Source: Phaeosaccion multiseriatum | Taxonomy: Eukaryota > Protista > Ochrophyta, other classes | NCBI GenBank assembly: GCA_965112735.1 | Contig: CBCOSG010000001.1 | Location: 1 to 64,000, forward strand | Length of the DNA: 64,000 nt | Direction: 5' to 3' | In this document: positions 1 to 9,460 of the stretch, one piece after another | Layout of the letters: each line of letters begins with the position of its first letter | How positions within the stretch are numbered: position 1 is the stretch's first letter | Notes under the pieces: generated by a model | What the model was told of the DNA's origin: nothing | Databases searched by the model: none | The model's input: only the letters and a program-made list of their open reading frames with translations | Program-made: the position numbers and the translations under genes

Positions 1-205
1 GACCGGTAACTCCCCCGATTATCGGCGAGGGAAAACTTTTCTTTCCCTTTAAAAAGTTTAGTAAGGATCCCACTTCAAGAAGGGATGATAATACTGCCAT
101 CGTAAATAGAATACAAGTGAAATAAGCAAAAAGGAATAGGTCCACCTTTTCTAAGAAGCTTCTATTCTTAAAGAAGGGTCTAATAAATTTTTTTTTAGTG
201 CCCAT
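1..205 (-). CDS. orf176, 5' part (wrap-around copy of 55735..56265); hypothetical membrane protein
   Basis: Positions 1-205 are identical to 56061-56265. Confidence 0.7.
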   Translation of the reverse strand, partial: MGTKKKFIRPFFKNRSFLEKVDLFLFAYFTCILFTMAVLSSLLEVGSLLNFLKGKKSFPSPIIGGVTG

Positions 206-340
206 AGGACGTATAAATTTTCTCTATTTTGACTCGGGAGGTATTCTTTTTCTTTTTGCTTACTTTCCCTATTTACTTTCGTAATTGAATGATTTGAACA
301 GTACGCTAAATCGCGTAAAGGTTCTCATTATTAATTTAAC

Positions 341-436
341 CTATCTTAGATTTTTATCAAGCAGTTGATTTTGCAAGTAAGAACTTAAACCGAAACCTAG
401 CAGAACTACCACAAAGTAAGCAATTAGTAAAAAAGG
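341..436 (-). pseudogene. 3' fragment of cob carried by the inverted-repeat edge
   Basis: Reverse complement of 25477-25572 (last 32 codons of cob). Confidence 0.85.
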
Positions 437-465
437 TAACAAAAATGAATAAAACAAAATACTTC

Positions 466-2187
466 TTAATAAAAGTGGTGTAGACTGCATTGAATGCTAA
501 ATTCCATAGGACTAAGAAACCAAGAGGGCTGAACACCCATCATTAGACTACATAGAATAAGACTACACAGTATTACAAAATCCAGAGGACTCAAATCATG
601 AAATTCAGTCATATGATGAGTATTCAAATTCCCATAACACATACGATTGGCTAACCAAAGAGCATAGATAGCACTGAACACCATACCACTGCCTCCTAGT
701 AAACAGCCAAGAGTATTTACGTGAAAAATACCAATTAAGAGAAGGAACTCCCCTACGAAACTACTGGTTCCTGGTAAACCCATGTTTGCCAAGCTAAAAA
801 AAAGGAAACAGATTACAAAAAGAGGCATCACTTGAACCAAACCTCCATAATAAGGTAGAAGGCGGTTGTGATAACGATCATAAACCACTCCAACACAAAG
901 GAATAGGCCTGAAGATACTAAACCATGACTCAAACTTTGTAATAAAGCTCCTTGAATACCGGAGGTTGTAAAACTAAACATTCCTAATACTACCAAGTTC
1001 ATATGAGCTACAGAGGTATAAGCAATAATACGCTTTAGATCTACCTGTCGAATGGCTGTAAGAGAAGTATACACAACCCCTACAATTGCTAAACTGGATA
1101 AAAAGGGGCTAAAGTATAAGCTGGCCCATGGGAAAAGACCCAGAGAAAAACGTAAGAACCCGTAAGTTCCCAACTTTAATAAAATTCCTGCCAAAAGTAC
1201 TGAAGCCGTAGTAGGGGCTTCTACATGAGCCTCAGGTAGCCAAACGTGGAAAGGTAACATCGGCAATTTGGAAGCAAAAGATAAAAAGAAACCTAACCAA
1301 AGGTAGTATTCCTCTGTTTTAGTCCAATTCAGATTCATAAGACTGATGTAATCTGTACTTCCGCATTCTACATACATGTAGAAAATGCTTAAAAGCATTG
1401 CCAACGAACCTCCGAGGGTATAAAAAAAGAACAACGTGGACGCGTAAATCCGTCTTTTACTTGATCCCCAGGACCCCATAACAAAGTACATGGGAATAAG
1501 AATTCCCTCAAAACAGATGTAAAAAACCATTAAATCAAGTGTGCAAAACACAGCTAAAAGAAGAATTTCCATAATTAAGAAACAAATAAGGTATGATCTT
1601 ATATTTCGATTTATACTTCCCCAAGCTGAAAGAGTACATAAAAAGAAAAGAAAAGTGGTTAAAAGAAAAAGGAAAACAGATAAACCATCTACACCCCAAT
1701 CTTGAGTTAAACCCAAACTATAGAACCAAGACCATTGATAGCCCCATTGAAAATGTTGAGTAAAAGAAGAGAAGTAAGTCCAAAGGTAAAAAGAATACAC
1801 AAAAGCTCCGCTTGCGATACTTAAGCATATCTGCTTGCATAAAGATTCCTGACAAGAAGGCAAGACACAAAGAAGTGACACACCACCGATCACCCCTAAG
1901 AAAAGGTTTTCTAAGCCGGGAGAAGAACACAAAAGAAGAAAAATAAAACTTATAAGACCGAGCAAGCTGGGTTTAGGAAGATAAAAACTAAGAAGCGTTC
2001 CAAGACTACAAATTCCAAGAAAGTAACCGTATTCTCCTCCATAAAACCAAGTTAGCCCAACAATATGTAAACTACCCAAAAGGACTTGAACATAAACTTT
2101 TGACTGATTCAAAAAATAAGGCAAAGAAATCTGGAGAAAGACAGGATGCAAAAGAAAAACACTAGCGTAAGATAAAATAAAGCTCAT
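466..2187 (-). CDS. nad4: NADH dehydrogenase subunit 4 with ~90-aa hydrophobic N-terminal extension (ATG 2187; in-frame TTG 2199)
   Basis: Motifs HVWLPEAHVEAPT, LLKLGTYG, IIAYTSVAHM, PGTSSFVGE. Confidence 0.97.
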   Translation of the reverse strand: MSFILSYASVFLLHPVFLQISLPYFLNQSKVYVQVLLGSLHIVGLTWFYGGEYGYFLGICSLGTLLSFYLPKPSLLGLISFIFLLLCSSPGLENLFLGVIGGVSLLCVLPSCQESLCKQICLSIASGAFVYSFYLWTYFSSFTQHFQWGYQWSWFYSLGLTQDWGVDGLSVFLFLLTTFLFFLCTLSAWGSINRNIRSYLICFLIMEILLLAVFCTLDLMVFYICFEGILIPMYFVMGSWGSSKRRIYASTLFFFYTLGGSLAMLLSIFYMYVECGSTDYISLMNLNWTKTEEYYLWLGFFLSFASKLPMLPFHVWLPEAHVEAPTTASVLLAGILLKLGTYGFLRFSLGLFPWASLYFSPFLSSLAIVGVVYTSLTAIRQVDLKRIIAYTSVAHMNLVVLGMFSFTTSGIQGALLQSLSHGLVSSGLFLCVGVVYDRYHNRLLPYYGGLVQVMPLFVICFLFFSLANMGLPGTSSFVGEFLLLIGIFHVNTLGCLLGGSGMVFSAIYALWLANRMCYGNLNTHHMTEFHDLSPLDFVILCSLILCSLMMGVQPSWFLSPMEFSIQCSLHHFY

Positions 2188-2292
2188 GGCCTTTTTCAAA
2201 ACTTCGTATGTCCAATTATACTTATTTGTATGATTTTATAAATTCGAATCTTTTCCTTTTTTAAGTCTAGTTTATAAAAATTAATAAAAGCT

Positions 2293-2364
2293 CTCCCCAA
2301 ACTGGATTCGAACCAATGACCTAATGGTTAACAGCCATTCGCTCTACCTCTGAGCTACTGAGGA
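2293..2364 (-). tRNA. trnN: tRNA-Asn(GUU)
   Basis: Cloverleaf, anticodon loop CTGTTAA. Confidence 0.95.
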
Positions 2365-2416
2365 CGAGGACGAAGTCCTTAGTTATAACCTGAAGGTTTA
2401 ATCTTGCTATATAAAT

Positions 2417-2701
<285 letters not shown>

Positions 2702-2744
2702 TTATATGAGCCCCTCTTAACAAATGTAAAAGTCCATAGGGGTC

Positions 2745-3317
2745 TTATTCTTTTCTTTTGCGTGGAGGGTCAAGGTATAACCAGAGAATGAACAATCCCA
2801 ATATACCCAAAGACCCAAGATAGGGTTCATATGGGTACGTCTCCGAGATTGGTATGAGGTGGTAGTGCTGACAAGAGTATTTGTACGCATAATAGGCACA
2901 AGTCCCTCCAAATATGCACACTAAAATATAGTGTGCGAACCAAAACAGGGTAAACTTTATCTTGGAAAGGGGGCTTAATCCCTGAAACTTCCCAAAGTTT
3001 TCTGTTACTCCGGGATCTTCTTTGACCTCCCATTCAAGAATATAGAATGCAAAACCGAAAAGTATGAGAATAGCGATAACCCCTGGGGTTATCCCCGAGG
3101 TAAAACGTGTGTCCCCATGTAAAAATAAATCCAACATTAATACCTCAAGAAGGGAGGATAATCCTACCAGCCCAAATAGAACAATGTTGAAAAGTCTGAA
3201 AAAGAACAGGTCGACCTTCTCCAAGAAGGTACGATTTTCATATCGGGGAAAAATGTAAACTGTTTTTTTTTTTATATTTTCAGGACCTCTGATTTTTTTT
3301 CTTAATTTTTGTTCCAT
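2745..3317 (-). CDS. orf190, hypothetical ~4-TM protein, paralog of orf176
   Basis: Shares NRxFLEKVDLF, NFGKFQGLSPLSK, YHLIPISExYPYEPYLG and DPPRxRKE with 25708..26238. Confidence 0.8.
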   Translation of the reverse strand: MEQKLRKKIRGPENIKKKTVYIFPRYENRTFLEKVDLFFFRLFNIVLFGLVGLSSLLEVLMLDLFLHGDTRFTSGITPGVIAILILFGFAFYILEWEVKEDPGVTENFGKFQGLSPLSKIKFTLFWFAHYILVCIFGGTCAYYAYKYSCQHYHLIPISETYPYEPYLGSLGILGLFILWLYLDPPRKRKE

Positions 3318-3327
3318 AGTAGTTCAA

Positions 3328-3612
3328 TTACCATGACGATTTAGTCATACCAAAAAGTAAGCCAGCCTTATAAAACCTCCGAAAACTTAAACGAGACAAA
3401 CGGTGGGAGCGCAGCACACTTCTACTGCGTCCTGTATCCAAACACCGTCGATTTAGACGTACCAAACTGCCAGAAAATTTTTTTTCCTGTAGCCACCAAG
3501 TCCGGTGACTTTTTAACAAGGTCTTTGTTAACTTAAATTGAACTCTTCGGTTTATTTGACTTTCTGCTTCCTTTCGATGCTTTTGATCTCTGCGTACCCA
3601 AGCTTTTACCAT
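3328..3612 (-). CDS. rps14: ribosomal protein S14
   Basis: RRCLDTGRSRSV, LSRLSFR, C-terminal KSSW; ATG overlaps the end of nad3. Confidence 0.93.
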   Translation of the reverse strand: MVKAWVRRDQKHRKEAESQINRRVQFKLTKTLLKSHRTWWLQEKKFSGSLVRLNRRCLDTGRSRSVLRSHRLSRLSFRRFYKAGLLFGMTKSSW

Positions 3613-3968
3613 TCTAAACTTCCGATTTTCCAAGCGTACACAAAACCTAAGCAAAGTTCAAGAATAAAATCAATACCGGCCCAAAATCCTACATAAGTCA
3701 TTTGACTTAAACTTACCCCCCAAGGAAATAAAAAGATAGCTTCCACATCAAAAATTAAAAAGAGGATGGCTACCAGATAGAAACGAACATCAAAAGCGTT
3801 ACGAGCATCTTCGTAAGGATCAAACCCACACTCGTAAGTGGAAAGTTTTTCAGTATCACCGGCACTGGTGCTTAAAAGGTAAGATAAACCAAAAATTAAA
3901 CTAGACACGCCAAAACTTAACAACAAGAGTATAAGAATACCATAATAATCTTGAAAAAATAAGGACAT
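3606..3968 (-). CDS. nad3: NADH dehydrogenase subunit 3
   Basis: EKLSTYECGFDP, FYLVAILFLIFDVE. Confidence 0.98.
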   Translation of the reverse strand: MSLFFQDYYGILILLLLSFGVSSLIFGLSYLLSTSAGDTEKLSTYECGFDPYEDARNAFDVRFYLVAILFLIFDVEAIFLFPWGVSLSQMTYVGFWAGIDFILELCLGFVYAWKIGSLEW

Positions 3969-4222
3969 CTTTAATTAAATTTTTTAAAAAATACTTGTTC
4001 TACTTTGTATACTAACACAATGTTAAATTTAGAAAGCAAAAGTTTTGATTTTAATTCTCTTTATAAAGTCTGTTAGTCTTATCTTCGTTAGATAGTGTTT
4101 TTGTTGGAGTAATAAAGCTTTGGTCCAATTATTACTAACACAATTTTCAAATTTTAACTTTTTTTAAATGAAACTCAGTCGATTAATAATTTTAAATAAG
4201 TTCTTGCCTAAATACCTAAGTC

Positions 4223-4295
4223 TGAGTAAATTGGGACTTGAACCCAAAACTCCCGGATTAAAAGTCCGACACTCTACCCATTGAGTTATTTACTC
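4223..4295 (-). tRNA. trnK: tRNA-Lys(UUU)
   Basis: Cloverleaf, anticodon TTT. Confidence 0.95.
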
Positions 4296-4355
4296 TTTGA
4301 ATCTTCTTTTAGAGCTTACACGTATAAAATATAGGAAAAGAACGTTTTTTTGATA

Positions 4356-5357
4356 TTAAGCACAAAAAGCCGGAAATCCTTGAAGACCTAAAAGAACACC
4401 TACTGATAAAATTACCCAAGCTAGAGAGAAGGGGAGAAAAACTTTCCAACCTAAATTCATGAGTTGGTCGTAACGAAAGCGAGGTAGTATTGCTCGACAC
4501 AAGATAAACAGGCAGACAAAAAAGCAAATTTTTAAGCCGAACCAGGGAAGTTGACTCCACAAAGGAAGTTTACTTCCTACCATAGGCCACCATCCGCCAA
4601 GAAAGAGAAGGCTGCAAAGAGCACTCATAAAAAGCATGTTCAAATATTCCCCTAAAAAAAACAAAGCAAAACCCATGGCGGAATACTCTACATTGTATCC
4701 CGAAACTAATTCTGCTTCTGCTTCGGACAAGTCAAAAGGATGACGATTGGTTTCAGCGAGAATACAGACAAAAAACATCACACTAAGAGGACCTAAAGGC
4801 AGACAAAACCATACCTCTTCTTGAGCAAAAATCATTTGGTTAAAATTGTAGCTGCCTACGCAGCACAAAAGACTTACCAAAATAAAGCCCATAGAAACCT
4901 CGTAGGATACCATTTGAGCAGCCGATCGCAGTCCACCTAAAAAAGCATATTTTGAATTACTGGCCCAGCCTGCAATAATAATGGCACACACTCCAAGAGC
5001 AGAAATGGCAAAAACGTATAAGAGTCCAAGGTCGATGTCCGCAAGAATTCCTCCTTCTTTTAGAGGCATTACACCCCAGTTTAAAATGCTAAAAGCAAAA
5101 CAACATATAGGAGCAAAAGCAAACAACACTGTGTTAGCGTTGCTGGGAGCAATACTTTCTTTAACAAAAAGTTTTAGTCCATCGGCAAGTGGTTGTAGAA
5201 TACCCATATACCCGACTACATTTGGTCCTCTACGACGTTGTATAGAACCCATAAGCTTACGTTCTAATAAAGTAAAATAGGCTACACACAAAAGAGAAGG
5301 CACAAGAATAATAAGAATCTTTATTAAGCTCACGAGATTGAGTTGAATTAAGCTCAT
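4356..5357 (-). CDS. nad1: NADH dehydrogenase subunit 1
   Basis: [37 protein letters not shown]. Confidence 0.98.
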   Translation of the reverse strand: MSLIQLNLVSLIKILIILVPSLLCVAYFTLLERKLMGSIQRRRGPNVVGYMGILQPLADGLKLFVKESIAPSNANTVLFAFAPICCFAFSILNWGVMPLKEGGILADIDLGLLYVFAISALGVCAIIIAGWASNSKYAFLGGLRSAAQMVSYEVSMGFILVSLLCCVGSYNFNQMIFAQEEVWFCLPLGPLSVMFFVCILAETNRHPFDLSEAEAELVSGYNVEYSAMGFALFFLGEYLNMLFMSALCSLLFLGGWWPMVGSKLPLWSQLPWFGLKICFFVCLFILCRAILPRFRYDQLMNLGWKVFLPFSLAWVILSVGVLLGLQGFPAFCA

Positions 5358-5411
5358 GTAAGTTTGATTTTATAAGATAAGTAAATTAAGAAAGTGTGCT
5401 CATTTACAATT

Positions 5412-5494
5412 TACTCGCTACCGGACTTGAACCGATATTTCTTCAAGAAAATAGATTTTAAGTCTACCGTGTCTACCAATTCCACCAAGCGAGC
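5412..5494 (-). tRNA. trnL: tRNA-Leu(UAA)
   Basis: Cloverleaf with long variable arm, anticodon TAA. Confidence 0.95.
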
Positions 5495-5629
5495 ATCTTG
5501 TCAAGTAAAGGCTTTAATTTGTTTTCTATAACGTCTTATAATTTATAATTGCTTATAATACGGTTCGGTTATTTGGCTGAGTACTTTAAGCTCTGCAATT
5601 TAGAAGTACTTGTCTGAACCTAAACAAAT

Positions 5630-6388
5630 TTAGTTGGACAAAGTATATTCTGCATAATCGGCCAGATCAACAGCTTTGACAACGATAGGCATGAAACCGT
5701 GGCTTTTACCACAAATTTCACTGCACTGACCGTAAAGTACTCCAGATCGCTTTAGGTAGATGCATACCTGATTTAAACGACCGGGGCAAGCGTCTACTTT
5801 TACACCCAGTGAAGGTACTGCCCAAGAATGAAGGACATCGGCCGAAGTTACTAATAGACGAATATGAGTGTTGGTGGGTAAAACCAGACGATGATCCACC
5901 TCCAGTAATCGAAAATCTCCTTTTTGTAAGTCGCTATCTGCTTTCATATACGAATCAAAAGAAAGACTTTCTTGATCTGCTCTCTGATTATAATCAGAGC
6001 ATTCGTAACTCCAATACCACTGATGGCCAATAGCTTTTACGCTTAAACTAGGATCTAAGACCTCTTCTAAGGAATACAAAAGAGCAAAAGAAGGCAATCC
6101 GATAAAAATTAGAATTACTGCCGGAAACAAAGTCCAAATAATTTCTAAATTGGTAGAGTGAGACCAAGGCCCATCTTTGCCTATTTCCAATTTAGTTTTT
6201 GAAAAGTCCATTTCAAAACTGCAAGGATAAGAAAAGTTTGTCGCGATAATTTGACCCTGGTAATGATCAAAAGAGCGATATAACATCCACAGAACTAAAG
6301 TACCCACTAGAATAAGATAAAACATGGTCAGATTGTGAAAATTAATCATTCCTTCCATGATTGGGGTGACCGGGTCTTGAAAAGTCAT
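5630..6388 (-). CDS. cox2: cytochrome c oxidase subunit 2
   Basis: [15 protein letters not shown], CuA motif [12 protein letters not shown]. Confidence 0.98.
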   Translation of the reverse strand: MTFQDPVTPIMEGMINFHNLTMFYLILVGTLVLWMLYRSFDHYQGQIIATNFSYPCSFEMDFSKTKLEIGKDGPWSHSTNLEIIWTLFPAVILIFIGLPSFALLYSLEEVLDPSLSVKAIGHQWYWSYECSDYNQRADQESLSFDSYMKADSDLQKGDFRLLEVDHRLVLPTNTHIRLLVTSADVLHSWAVPSLGVKVDACPGRLNQVCIYLKRSGVLYGQCSEICGKSHGFMPIVVKAVDLADYAEYTLSN

Positions 6389-6460
6389 AGAGCAAAAAAA
6401 CTTTAAAACACTTGTACAAAATAAAAATGTGTCGGTCTTAAACTATTTAATACAAAGGAC

Positions 6461-6826
6461 TTATTTAGTACCAGTTTTTAATTTTGTATCTTTGTTGCAA
6501 AGACAGAACTGAAACTTAAATTGTACTTGATCATCAAAAGAAGTTTGTAACCAATTTAGATAACGTAGTATTGGATAAAGCTTCATGTGTGAAAAATATA
6601 AACAAGCCTTGTAAGTACGGCGTTCGTAAGTATTTCGAGACTTGGAATGCACATGGGAAGAGCGTAGCAAAGTCCAAGTTTTTTTTTGATAAGGGGTATT
6701 TTCTATTCTGTAGGTATGCCGTGCTGGAATTTCTTGTAAAACTAAAGCAAGAAGTCCTTTAGAATAGGTTCTAATGTTTATTTTTACGCTCGCAAGAGAA
6801 GTTGAATGGGGTGTAGCTAATTTCAT
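6461..6826 (-). CDS. rps10: ribosomal protein S10
   Basis: WTLLRSSHVHSKSRNTYE matches the S10 TVLRSPHVxKKSREQF motif. Confidence 0.88.
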   Translation of the reverse strand: MKLATPHSTSLASVKINIRTYSKGLLALVLQEIPARHTYRIENTPYQKKTWTLLRSSHVHSKSRNTYERRTYKACLYFSHMKLYPILRYLNWLQTSFDDQVQFKFQFCLCNKDTKLKTGTK

Positions 6827-6881
6827 ATATATATTTTGGTTTTTATACTAAATCCCAGAAAATCAGGAAAGGGGATGTTGT

Positions 6882-6955
6882 AATCAAAGGTAGAATCTAG
6901 ATTTACGACTTTTGGATCATGAGCCTAACAAGCTGACCAAGTGTTTTAGTCCACC
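6882..6955 (-). pseudogene. degenerate initiator tRNA-Met(CAU)
   Basis: Homologous to 37941..38014, but T-arm and acceptor stem are disrupted. Confidence 0.8.
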
Positions 6956-6986
6956 AGTATATGAAAAAACTACGTGAATTTTAGAT

Positions 6987-7349
6987 TTAAAAAACTTCAC
7001 AAATCAAACTACCTCCACTGCCTAAGCTTCGCGCAGTAGACTCACTTATAATTCCATAAGGCGTACTTAAGATAACTAAGGAGGTTTGGCTACGTCGTGT
7101 CCATCGGTGGCAAGAAGTGGGGCGAGAGGAAAAAAAGATAGAGCCGATTACACTTCTGCCTTGTACGTACTTTAGTAAAATTTTGACTCGAGAACAGGTT
7201 TCTTGAGTATAACCCCGCAAAAATCCGTATTGCCACAGTACGTCTAGGACTCGAAGACCGGCTTTAGTGGGTACGCAAACAACGCTAGATTTTTTATTTC
7301 GATAAGATTGATCTAAAATCTGTAGCATGGGTTGAATTCCTGCTTTCAT
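6987..7349 (-). CDS. rps8: ribosomal protein S8
   Basis: VLWQYGFLRGY, ILLKY, ILSTPYGII, GSGGSLICEV. Confidence 0.92.
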   Translation of the reverse strand: MKAGIQPMLQILDQSYRNKKSSVVCVPTKAGLRVLDVLWQYGFLRGYTQETCSRVKILLKYVQGRSVIGSIFFSSRPTSCHRWTRRSQTSLVILSTPYGIISESTARSLGSGGSLICEVF

Positions 7350-7370
7350 AAGGGTTTAGTAAACAAAATT

Positions 7371-8096
7371 TTAAGACAAAATAGAATTCTTAAAACTTCG
7401 ACTCAGTTGTTCGCACAAAAACTGATTGGCTTGAACATCCTCTTTGGACCGTCCAAGACTTAAAAGAATTGCTCCCATCATACTTACAAGTAGCAACATT
7501 CCTGTAACTAACAAGTCCTCTATGTGATCCGTATATAAGCTAAGCCCTATATTTTGAGGACTCGTTATAGAATCAGATAAGCCAAACTTCTTCTAAACTG
7601 AAAATCTCCTACTAAAAGTTCCTAGACTTGTGAAAACTAACCTCTATGTGATATATAAGCTAAGCCCTAGAGGACTCGTTATAGAATCTCCCTTTAGATA
7701 AGTGGAAAATATTTGAGTATACCAAACTTCTTCTAAACTCCAAAGAAAATCTCCTACTAAAAGTCCAAGTCCTAGAAGGCCTAAAATTAACAGAGTATTG
7801 GATGGATTGCTTTCATACTTAGACACTTTTAAATCAAGCATCATAACTACAAATAGAAATAAAATAGAGATCGCCCCTACATAGACAATAAGACTAACGT
7901 AGGTAAGAAAGTCTGCATGAAAAAGTAAGCACAAACCTCCTACATTAAGAAACACTCCAATTAACAGCAGTACAGCATATACCGGATTTTTCCCACTTAC
8001 TAGGAAGTACGCCGAATTTAGGGCATTGAAAGAAAAGCCTAGTATCATAAGACTAGACCACATTTGAGTTCCTCCTAATATCCAGGATAATTTCAT
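7371..8096 (-). CDS. nad6: NADH dehydrogenase subunit 6; this copy is interrupted by a 114-bp noisy duplication (7575-7688) absent from the wrap-around copy
   Basis: NPVYAVLLLI, IVYVGAISILFLFVVMM; uninterrupted frame at 63431-64000. Confidence 0.93.
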
Positions 8097-8194
8097 TGTT
8101 GGACAAGTACCACTTAATAAGATTTAGTTTAATAAGAAGCTAAGTACAAATTGTGAAACCTGATCTTTGACCTACTTGTCAAAAAGAAAAAACT

Positions 8195-8277
8195 TACCAA
8201 AGAAGGGACTCGAACCCTTATTCTTTAAAAGAACCGGAACCTAAACCCGGCGTGTCTACCAATTTCACCACTTTGGC
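8195..8277 (-). tRNA. trnL: tRNA-Leu(UAG)
   Basis: Cloverleaf, long variable arm, anticodon TAG. Confidence 0.95.
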
Positions 8278-8290
8278 TTTGCAAGTTTAC

Positions 8291-9043
8291 TTAATGAGCT
8301 TCATTTAAGACATCTCCTAAATAAATACAAGTTAAGATCGTAAAAACGTAAGTCTGAATCAGACTTACTCCCAATTCTAGTCCCATAAGTGCTACAAGCA
8401 CAAATAAAGGAATGAAATGAGCCACAAACAAAGCTTTTCCTTTCCCCAACATAGCCCAAGCAAAACCAGCAATTACCTTTAACAAGGTGTGTCCTGCCAT
8501 CATATTGGCAAATAGCCGTACTCCCAGACTAATAGGCTTAAAAATGTAAGAAACAATTTCTATAGGCACCAAAAGCAAGCTTAAGCCTAAACTGGTTCCT
8601 CCGGGTAAAAATAAAGAAAACATTTCGCTCCCTTTTTTTAAAATCCCAATGATATTGATTCCAATGAATAGAGTTAAGCTTAAATTTAGAGTAACGATAA
8701 GATGGCTGGTCATGGTAAAGCTATAAGGCACCAAACCAATAAGATTGGTGATTAAGATAAAGCAAAATAAGCTGAAGAGAAGTGGAAAATACACCTGGCC
8801 ATTTTTTCCTAGTGTGTCTTGAATTAATTCTCCGATCATGACGTAAAATGTGTCTAACACATTATTCCAGGCAGTAGGAATAAGACTTTGTCTCCCTCTC
8901 AACACACAATTCAACATGAAAAAAAAACTTCCTAAACCAATGCTAAGAATACAAAGCGGTTTAGTAAGGGTTAAAGAAAAGCCTGCAAAGGAAAAACTAA
9001 AACAGGGAAGAATAGCGAACTGCTCTAACGGACTGTATACCAT
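8291..9043 (-). CDS. atp6: ATP synthase subunit 6 (a)
   Basis: SPLEQF, PYSFTMTSH, SLGVRLFANMMAGH. Confidence 0.98.
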   Translation of the reverse strand: MVYSPLEQFAILPCFSFSFAGFSLTLTKPLCILSIGLGSFFFMLNCVLRGRQSLIPTAWNNVLDTFYVMIGELIQDTLGKNGQVYFPLLFSLFCFILITNLIGLVPYSFTMTSHLIVTLNLSLTLFIGINIIGILKKGSEMFSLFLPGGTSLGLSLLLVPIEIVSYIFKPISLGVRLFANMMAGHTLLKVIAGFAWAMLGKGKALFVAHFIPLFVLVALMGLELGVSLIQTYVFTILTCIYLGDVLNEAH

Positions 9044-9219
9044 GGGTCATAAAAAATACGCACTTTTATTTAGGCCTATATCTGTGTTGGAAAAATTTTA
9101 GTCTCTGCCTATAGAAAATAGGAGGGAAAAGTTTTCGGCTTCTTTTTAATGGACCAGCCTATTTTGGATACTATCTCTTCTTTTCAGGAGCGCCTTTGAT
9201 GCAAAATAGCATCTAAATT

Positions 9220-9292
9220 AGGGTCTAAGTAGACTTGAACTACTGACCTTACCCTTATCAGGGGTACGCTCTACCACCTGAGCTATAGACCC
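9220..9292 (-). tRNA. trnI: tRNA-Ile(GAU)
   Basis: Cloverleaf, anticodon GAT. Confidence 0.95.
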
Positions 9293-9372
9293 AGTTCTTG
9301 TGAAAGGCGAGTTTTTTATCTTTTCTAATGAAAAAAATAAAGCTTGTAGTTCATAAAGAGCTAAACTTAGGT

Positions 9373-9444
9373 CGAGAAAGAAAGGACTTGAACCTTTAAC
9401 CTTTGGCTTTGGAGACCAATACTCTACCATTGAGTTACCCTCTC
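9373..9444 (-). tRNA. trnW: tRNA-Trp(CCA)
   Basis: Cloverleaf, anticodon CCA. Confidence 0.95.
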
Positions 9445-9460
9445 AAAGACTTAAATTTAT

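Noticed and set aside
9373-9444. Alternative genetic code (UGA=Trp, UAG readthrough or AUA=Met)
   Set aside because: Conserved Trp sites use TGG, trnW has a CCA anticodon, and TGA and TAG end normal genes; nad5 needs a frame change rather than readthrough; ATA sits at conserved Ile sites
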